Shown piece by piece: positions 58,751 through 64,000 of a stretch of DNA of 64,000 bases. Made by a program: the position numbers and the translations under genes. The notes under the pieces are model-generated. The model saw only the letters and a list, made by a program, of their open reading frames with translations. It had not been told where the DNA came from and did no database searches. Source of the stretch: Myxococcota bacterium (GTDB lineage Bacteria > Myxococcota > XYA12-FULL-58-9 > JALHOP01); NCBI GenBank assembly GCA_041288095.1, contig JBGGMJ010000197.1:11751-75750 (forward strand), in the 5' to 3' direction. Numbering within the stretch: position 1 is the stretch's first letter; each line of letters opens with the position of its first letter.

Positions 58751-60553
58751 CTAAAAGAAGGTGGCCTGGATGATGGTCCCGCCGGCGCCAATGAGCCAGA
58801 AGCGGGCGAAATCGGGCCGCGGCACGTTCGGGTCGAGGTCCTCCAAGAGCTGACCCGTCGAGAGGATCTCGTCGTCGGTCAGCGGCGCGAAGGTCCGCCA
58901 AATCGCGAAGAAATTCTGGTCTGTGTTGGTCGGGATCGCGGTCAGAGTACCGCCTTGCTGCTGCACGAGGACGCCCTCGTCGCCGACGATGAACGAGCTA
59001 TCGCCGCCCGTCGGGAAGATCGCCGAGAGGAACCCCTTGGGCGCCCCGAGCCGCGAGGCGATGTCGCAGCCGCCGCCGTCGGTGCCACGGAAGACGGCCC
59101 CGGCCGCGCCGATGATCTGGAAGGCGCCCCCCGCGGCACGTACGGCGGTGAGCAGGGGTTTCTCGTCGAAGGGCGCCGGCGGATCCGGACAGCTCGGAGC
59201 GCTCCAGGTGAGATTCACGTCGGTGAGGTCGCCGTAGACGATGGTGCCGCTCGCACCGACCGCGGCGATGGTGTTGTTGTCCACCGTGACGCTGCGCAGC
59301 GTCTCTTCGAGGCGGCGGAAACAATTCGGGCAGAGCGATGAGCAGTTACCGGTCGCTGGATTGCAGGCGTTAGCCGCCGGACCGTCAGGGCCCGAAGCGC
59401 CCGTGCTGGCGGTCGTGTCGCAACACTGGCCTTGTGCGACGGGACACGTGCACGTCGTTTTGATCGGGTTGCACTGCGCTTGGCAGGTCGGGGGCAAGCG
59501 ACCGTTGTCGCAAGCTTGGCCAGCCGGAGTCGCGGGATCGCAGTCGTCGACGAAGCGGAACCCGAGATTCACTTGGGCTTCCCAGCCGCCGGTCGCGGTG
59601 ACCGGCTGCATCATGCCTGAGGGCAAAGCGCCAGCGGAGAGGCCAGTGAAGTCGGCGAGCGCGCCCTCCTCGCCCACCGCGATCACGCGCAGGTTGTTGC
59701 CATTCGCGCGCATCCACACAGAGAAGAGGTGTGACTCGAAGCGCGGCAGGTAGCTCGGCAAGAAGTCGTCGTCGTCGCAGGTGAGGCCGACGCCGTCGCT
59801 GTCATTGTCGACCTGATCCCGTGACAGGTCCGGCACCGAGCCGGGACCGACGCAGCCGGTGCCGGTCGAGTCGGTGAGTGGGCGCTGGTTACCGTTAGCG
59901 ACGATGCGACAGTTGTCGTCACAATTGGCGGTCGCGCCGCCGACACAGATGTGTTGCAGGCCACCGGTGTTGCCTACCCAACCGTCATCGTCACCATCGT
60001 CGCCCCGGCCGTCGCCGTCGGTGTCGGGGCAAGCGGGGTCTGGACGCAATAGCGGAGCGAAGACGGGCAGGCTCTGGGTCGCCGCGTCGGCGAGCTGACC
60101 AGTCACGGGATCGCCGGCGCTCGCGATCAGGGTCCAGACTCCGTCCTCGGTGAGAGGATCGGTGTCGGGATTCGGGTGGTAGTGCAGGATGGTGCCGTGC
60201 CAGCCGACCGCGACCATCTCGCCGTGCGCCGCGGGCAAGCCGAACACGCCGCCGTTCTCGACGCCGCTGATGGCGGTGAGATTGACGTTCGTCGGCGAGG
60301 GCATGCGCTCCCAGGCGCCGGTGCGGTTGGTGAGGATGACGCCGCCCCAGCCGACCACGAACAGCTCGTTCATCGAGTTGCCGTAGGTGCCGGTAAACGT
60401 CGTGTCACCCGTAGGTTGGCCCTGGCGGACGAAGTGCCAGCGGGGCTCGCGGGTCGTGAAGTCTTCGGTGACACGGCGGTTGTTGTCGCGGCATTGCGCG
60501 AGGAGGAGCGCTACCGCGGTCAAACCGAGGATGACGGGGGATCGCCGGAACAT
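58751..60553 (-). CDS. Lipoprotein with beta-propeller-like repeats, thrombospondin type 3-like Ca-binding repeats and Cys-rich inserts
   Basis: LLLAQ-C lipobox-like; repeated VG-x-G-I motifs (VVGWGGVI, AVGWHGTI, AVGEEGAL, AVGASGTI, IVGDEGVL, LIGAGGTI); DTDGDGRGD, CDDNC, QVDNDSDGVGLTCD. Confidence 0.8.
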   Translation of the reverse strand: MFRRSPVILGLTAVALLLAQCRDNNRRVTEDFTTREPRWHFVRQGQPTGDTTFTGTYGNSMNELFVVGWGGVILTNRTGAWERMPSPTNVNLTAISGVENGGVFGLPAAHGEMVAVGWHGTILHYHPNPDTDPLTEDGVWTLIASAGDPVTGQLADAATQSLPVFAPLLRPDPACPDTDGDGRGDDGDDDGWVGNTGGLQHICVGGATANCDDNCRIVANGNQRPLTDSTGTGCVGPGSVPDLSRDQVDNDSDGVGLTCDDDDFLPSYLPRFESHLFSVWMRANGNNLRVIAVGEEGALADFTGLSAGALPSGMMQPVTATGGWEAQVNLGFRFVDDCDPATPAGQACDNGRLPPTCQAQCNPIKTTCTCPVAQGQCCDTTASTGASGPDGPAANACNPATGNCSSLCPNCFRRLEETLRSVTVDNNTIAAVGASGTIVYGDLTDVNLTWSAPSCPDPPAPFDEKPLLTAVRAAGGAFQIIGAAGAVFRGTDGGGCDIASRLGAPKGFLSAIFPTGGDSSFIVGDEGVLVQQQGGTLTAIPTNTDQNFFAIWRTFAPLTDDEILSTGQLLEDLDPNVPRPDFARFWLIGAGGTIIQATFF

Positions 60554-60634
60554 CTCCGGAGAGTAACCGACCGCATGGGCCTGCACCAACGTCGCTCGTG
60601 ACGATTTCACTTCGCGTGGTACACTGGGGGCATC

Positions 60635-62665
60635 GTGAAGCGTCTTGCTCCCCTCCCCCTGTTGTTCGCACTGGGATGCACCGGTTCGGACCTCTACGTT
60701 CAAAATGGCAACAATCCGCTGATCCCGGACCGCATCGCGCTTACCGGCGAGGTCTGCTCGGAGAACACGAGCGGCTCGCAGTTTCCGGTGAAGGTGCTCT
60801 TCCTGGTCGATACGTCGGCCGAGATGCGCCAAGCGGATCCCGACCAGCGTCTCATCGACGCGCCTGGCGGCATCGACGCGCTGGTGCAGGCAAATCGCAA
60901 TCAGCTTCACGTCTCGTTCGGCTTCGTCGGCTTCAACTCGACGGCGCGCGCCTTCCCGGACACCGTCGGCCAGCAGTTCCTGCGCCCGCAAGACCAGGAT
61001 CTCATCGCCCTCGCCGAAGCCCAGCTCCGCGTCGCGCCCAGCGACCCACGTCGCGATCTCACCACCGCCATCACCACGGCGGAGTCGTTCATTTCGGCGG
61101 ACGTCTCGCGCTCGGCGCCGGGCGACGTGTTGCGCACGCGCTACGTCGTCTTCTTGCTGGTCGCCGGCCCCGCGAACCCAGACATCGACACCCCCGAGAT
61201 CGCCGAGCAAGTCGCGCACCTGCGTGACCTCGTCTACGACTACGGCGCGCTCGAGTTCCAGCTCAACATCGGCCTCTTGTACTTTGGGCCGTCGACCATC
61301 GATCAGGGCGTAAATCAGTCGTTCAATTGTTATCTGCCGCTGGCCACCCCGCCGGCATGCGACTGCATGAACCTCGCGGGCGACCTCTACTGCACGACCG
61401 AATGCGTGCTCGCGGCGGCACCAACCCCGACTTATTACGACGACCAGTTCGCTGAAGCGGTCACCGTTTACCAGAACATCAAGACCGTCGGTAACGGCAC
61501 GCTGCGCACGTATAACTGTCCGAACCTCGTCGACATCAAGCTGCCGATAGCCTCGGGCTCGGTGAACTTGGTGCGCAAGGATATCCTCGCCTTCAACCGC
61601 AACGTGCGCATCTCACCGGCGGGCCCCGAGCTCGACAGCGACGGGGACGGTCTGCCCGACACGCAAGAGGTCGGACAGATCGGCACTGACCCGTACCTCG
61701 TCGACACCGATGGTGACGGTCTCGGCGACGGCATCGAGTCGCGCAGCAACAAGAACCCGCTCGATCCCCTCGACCGGCCCTCGTCGTGCCCCAATCCGCA
61801 GGACGTCGGCGAGCTGCCCGACAGCGATCTCGACATCTTGAACGACTGCGAAGAGGGCATCATCGAGACCTCGGCGTCGAAGCCGGACACCGACGGCGAC
61901 GGGCTCACTGATTTCGTCGAGTTCATGAGCGGCACGTTGCCGACGAACCCCAACGACCGCTTGCTGGACTTCGACTCCGACGGCGTCTTGAACGGCGACG
62001 AGGTGCTGGCGCACACCGATCCGCGCATCAACGAGTCGGCCGTGCGCGGGGTCGAGGGCTACCGCACCGGCATCGACACGATAGGTTTGCGCACCATCGC
62101 CTCGATGGAGGACTCACCCGAGCTCCGCGCCGTGCAGTTCGTCCAAGGCTCCGGCAACATCGCCGCCGGCCAGGCTGACCTCACTTGGGATCCCGCCGCC
62201 GGCACGCTCTCGTGGGTCGACGCGCATTCGCGCTTCCCGCCGTTCTGGTCGGCCGTCCCCGTCGCCATCAACGGCAGCGGTACCTACCGGCTCACGGCCC
62301 GCGCGCCCAACGGCGAGGTCGCCTACATCGACGTGGCTGTCGACGTCGACCTCTTGCCGGGTGAGATGGTGCGTGTCTTCCCGTTGATCTCGATAGCGGA
62401 CCGCAACTGCTATAACGTACGCATCAGCAACATCAAGCTCATGCAAACGGGCTCGTACGACCCGAATCTCGTCGGCGTCAACAACATCTACGTGTTCTTC
62501 ACCCAAGCGCCGGCGGACCGTCTCACTCAGCCCGGCATTGCGCAGGTGGCGACGTTCCCCGTGGTCTTCCGTTGCAGCAACACGCGTGATCTTTCGAGCT
62601 GCGCGCGCAACCCCGACGACGCAAGCGTGACCATCACCTCGGAGCAATTCGTCACTGCCCGTTAG
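60635..62665 (+). CDS. MtsD-like lipoprotein (VWA-like domain plus DxDxDG repeats)
   Basis: Lipobox FALG-C; LTGEVC...FPVKVLFLVDTS resembles myxobacterial MtsD; five DxDxDG-type repeats; CYNVRISNIKL...NNIYVFFTQAP. Confidence 0.75.
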   Translation: MKRLAPLPLLFALGCTGSDLYVQNGNNPLIPDRIALTGEVCSENTSGSQFPVKVLFLVDTSAEMRQADPDQRLIDAPGGIDALVQANRNQLHVSFGFVGFNSTARAFPDTVGQQFLRPQDQDLIALAEAQLRVAPSDPRRDLTTAITTAESFISADVSRSAPGDVLRTRYVVFLLVAGPANPDIDTPEIAEQVAHLRDLVYDYGALEFQLNIGLLYFGPSTIDQGVNQSFNCYLPLATPPACDCMNLAGDLYCTTECVLAAAPTPTYYDDQFAEAVTVYQNIKTVGNGTLRTYNCPNLVDIKLPIASGSVNLVRKDILAFNRNVRISPAGPELDSDGDGLPDTQEVGQIGTDPYLVDTDGDGLGDGIESRSNKNPLDPLDRPSSCPNPQDVGELPDSDLDILNDCEEGIIETSASKPDTDGDGLTDFVEFMSGTLPTNPNDRLLDFDSDGVLNGDEVLAHTDPRINESAVRGVEGYRTGIDTIGLRTIASMEDSPELRAVQFVQGSGNIAAGQADLTWDPAAGTLSWVDAHSRFPPFWSAVPVAINGSGTYRLTARAPNGEVAYIDVAVDVDLLPGEMVRVFPLISIADRNCYNVRISNIKLMQTGSYDPNLVGVNNIYVFFTQAPADRLTQPGIAQVATFPVVFRCSNTRDLSSCARNPDDASVTITSEQFVTAR

Positions 62666-62723
62666 CTATTTCACCCGGCCGCTACTTGAAGCAGCCCCCT
62701 TGTCGATGAGAGAGCCCTGCAAG

Positions 62724-63206
62724 ATGTCGCGTTGGTGGATATTGCCTTTGTTTTGCATGGCGGCGACCGCCTGCGATCCGAATTCGTCGCGTTCCTTCCA
62801 ATCAGGCCGCTCGCAGAACCCGTGCACGGCGACGATCCCCGCGTGCGCTGAAGCAGCCGCCGACTGCGAGCTCGACGAAGCGCAATACATCGAGCAGCGC
62901 TTCCCCGGCGACGTTTCGTTCTTGGTGCAGGCGCGCGCCGAGGACGAGATCAAGGTCGAGCTCTTCGTGCAGGACGTCCTGGATGTCGGGCAGCAAACGA
63001 TCATCTACTGGAACGAGCCGGGCTGCTCCGACTACTACGTTTGGGACAGCGCGGGTCGGGACTTCGTGGCGGAGTCGCGCGATACGAACATCTATTCGGA
63101 GACGCGGCGGGTGCATGAGCCGGGGCAGCATTTGATCGAGGTGTTCAGCGATCTGAATGGAATTCTGCTCGTCGGGATCGACATCATCGAGGCAGGGTCG
63201 CGGTAG
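62724..63206 (+). CDS. MtsF-like small lipoprotein
   Basis: Lipobox AATA-C; C-x5-C-x6-C, RFPG, E-x-x-C, GQHLIE pattern recalled for MtsF; follows the MtsD-like gene. Confidence 0.65.
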   Translation: MSRWWILPLFCMAATACDPNSSRSFQSGRSQNPCTATIPACAEAAADCELDEAQYIEQRFPGDVSFLVQARAEDEIKVELFVQDVLDVGQQTIIYWNEPGCSDYYVWDSAGRDFVAESRDTNIYSETRRVHEPGQHLIEVFSDLNGILLVGIDIIEAGSR

Positions 63207-63243
63207 ACGAGCCACATCGACGCGAGGGGTCGAAAAGCTCGAG

Positions 63244-63894
63244 TCAGTCGGCAAACGAACAGTTCCGCGCCTGACCGACGCGCTTGCGGTTGAGCTCTAC
63301 CCCGATGGCGTTGAGACCGAGCTCATTGGCGGCGGCAAGGATGCTGCCGCGCCCACAGAACGGATCGATGATGGTGTGCGAGGTCGTGTTGTCGACGACG
63401 AAGCGGCAAGCCAGGCGACACGCCTCCCGGCCCATGCCACGCGTCCACACACTTTCACCGGGATCGGCGAGCACGTCGGGCTGAGACCGCGTCATGTTGA
63501 GGCGCACCGCGCGGGAGAAACCCACGAGGTGCGCGTAGGCGGGCCGTCCGAACGCGAGGGTGCCGGGTGGCTTGCGACACACGATCTTGTGCAGCAACGT
63601 GATGCAGCCATGGTCCTCGGCGGCGCGGCTACACAGATAGCCCTTGTCGATCCACTCGCCGTTCACCTTGACGTCGGACTGATAGAACAAGGCGACGCCA
63701 TCGTCCGGCAGTCGCGACAGGATGGCGCCGGCGGCGTTGCGAAACCACGGCTTCCACGCGTCGAGCGTCATGCCGCCCAGCTCCGAGACATCCGGCAGCG
63801 AGGTGATGAACGAACAGCCGGGAAAGGGGCCCGCCTCGGCAAGCCACTGGAGCGCGTCGCCGTAATGCACGATGCGTGTGGGGGTCGTGCTCAT
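63244..63894 (-). CDS. SAM-dependent methyltransferase, N4/N6 DNA-methylase-like (beta order)
   Basis: GDALQWL, FITSLPD in place of motif IV, C-terminal motif I IDPFCGRGS and AIGVEL. Confidence 0.75.
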   Translation of the reverse strand: MSTTPTRIVHYGDALQWLAEAGPFPGCSFITSLPDVSELGGMTLDAWKPWFRNAAGAILSRLPDDGVALFYQSDVKVNGEWIDKGYLCSRAAEDHGCITLLHKIVCRKPPGTLAFGRPAYAHLVGFSRAVRLNMTRSQPDVLADPGESVWTRGMGREACRLACRFVVDNTTSHTIIDPFCGRGSILAAANELGLNAIGVELNRKRVGQARNCSFAD

Positions 63895-64000
63895 GGGAAT
63901 GGTCGATGCCATGGGACTGGCCCGTCGCGCTACGCGGTCCGCCCAACTTGGACTCACATCGTGCGCTGGCCGAAGCCAACCAGCAACGAGATCGCCGGGT

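Noticed and set aside
60554..61219. N-terminal extension of the 822 aa minus-strand ORF
   Set aside because: Overlaps the MtsD-like gene; the lipoprotein signal begins at ATG 60553.

Overview
GC-rich bacterial chromosome segment, most consistent with a Myxococcota-type organism (Glt/Cgl/Mts-like motility proteins, several FHA-domain proteins, an FHA-sigma54 activator, MJ0042 zinc-ribbon protein, T2SS with GspN). About 50 credible CDSs: housekeeping genes (ftsK, sfsA, glpK, deoxynucleoside kinase, hflX, tlyA, xseAB, serA, a eukaryote-type UGPase), a contiguous type II secretion operon gspC-(extra gene)-DEFGHIJKLMN (37858-51697, minus strand), signalling genes (hybrid histidine kinase, FHA-EBP, pseudo-receiver-PilZ) and a gltG-gltF pair beside MtsD/MtsF-like and thrombospondin-repeat lipoprotein genes. 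No rRNA, tRNA, CRISPR array, integrase or transposase was recognised. The most striking unexplained signal is a shared bipartite motif, G(G/A)AAC-N13-15-(G/C)(C/G)CGATA(A/C), directly upstream of four accessory genes (starts 4113-, 4279+, 15608+, 34709+) whose products all lack Sec signal peptides and begin with low-complexity Ser/Pro/Ala/Val-rich leaders. This suggests a dispersed alternative-sigma regulon of putative exported effectors (a lactone oxidase, a large annexin-like/hydrophobic protein, two orphans). All family assignments come from motif recognition by eye; no database searches were run, and several start codons are best guesses.
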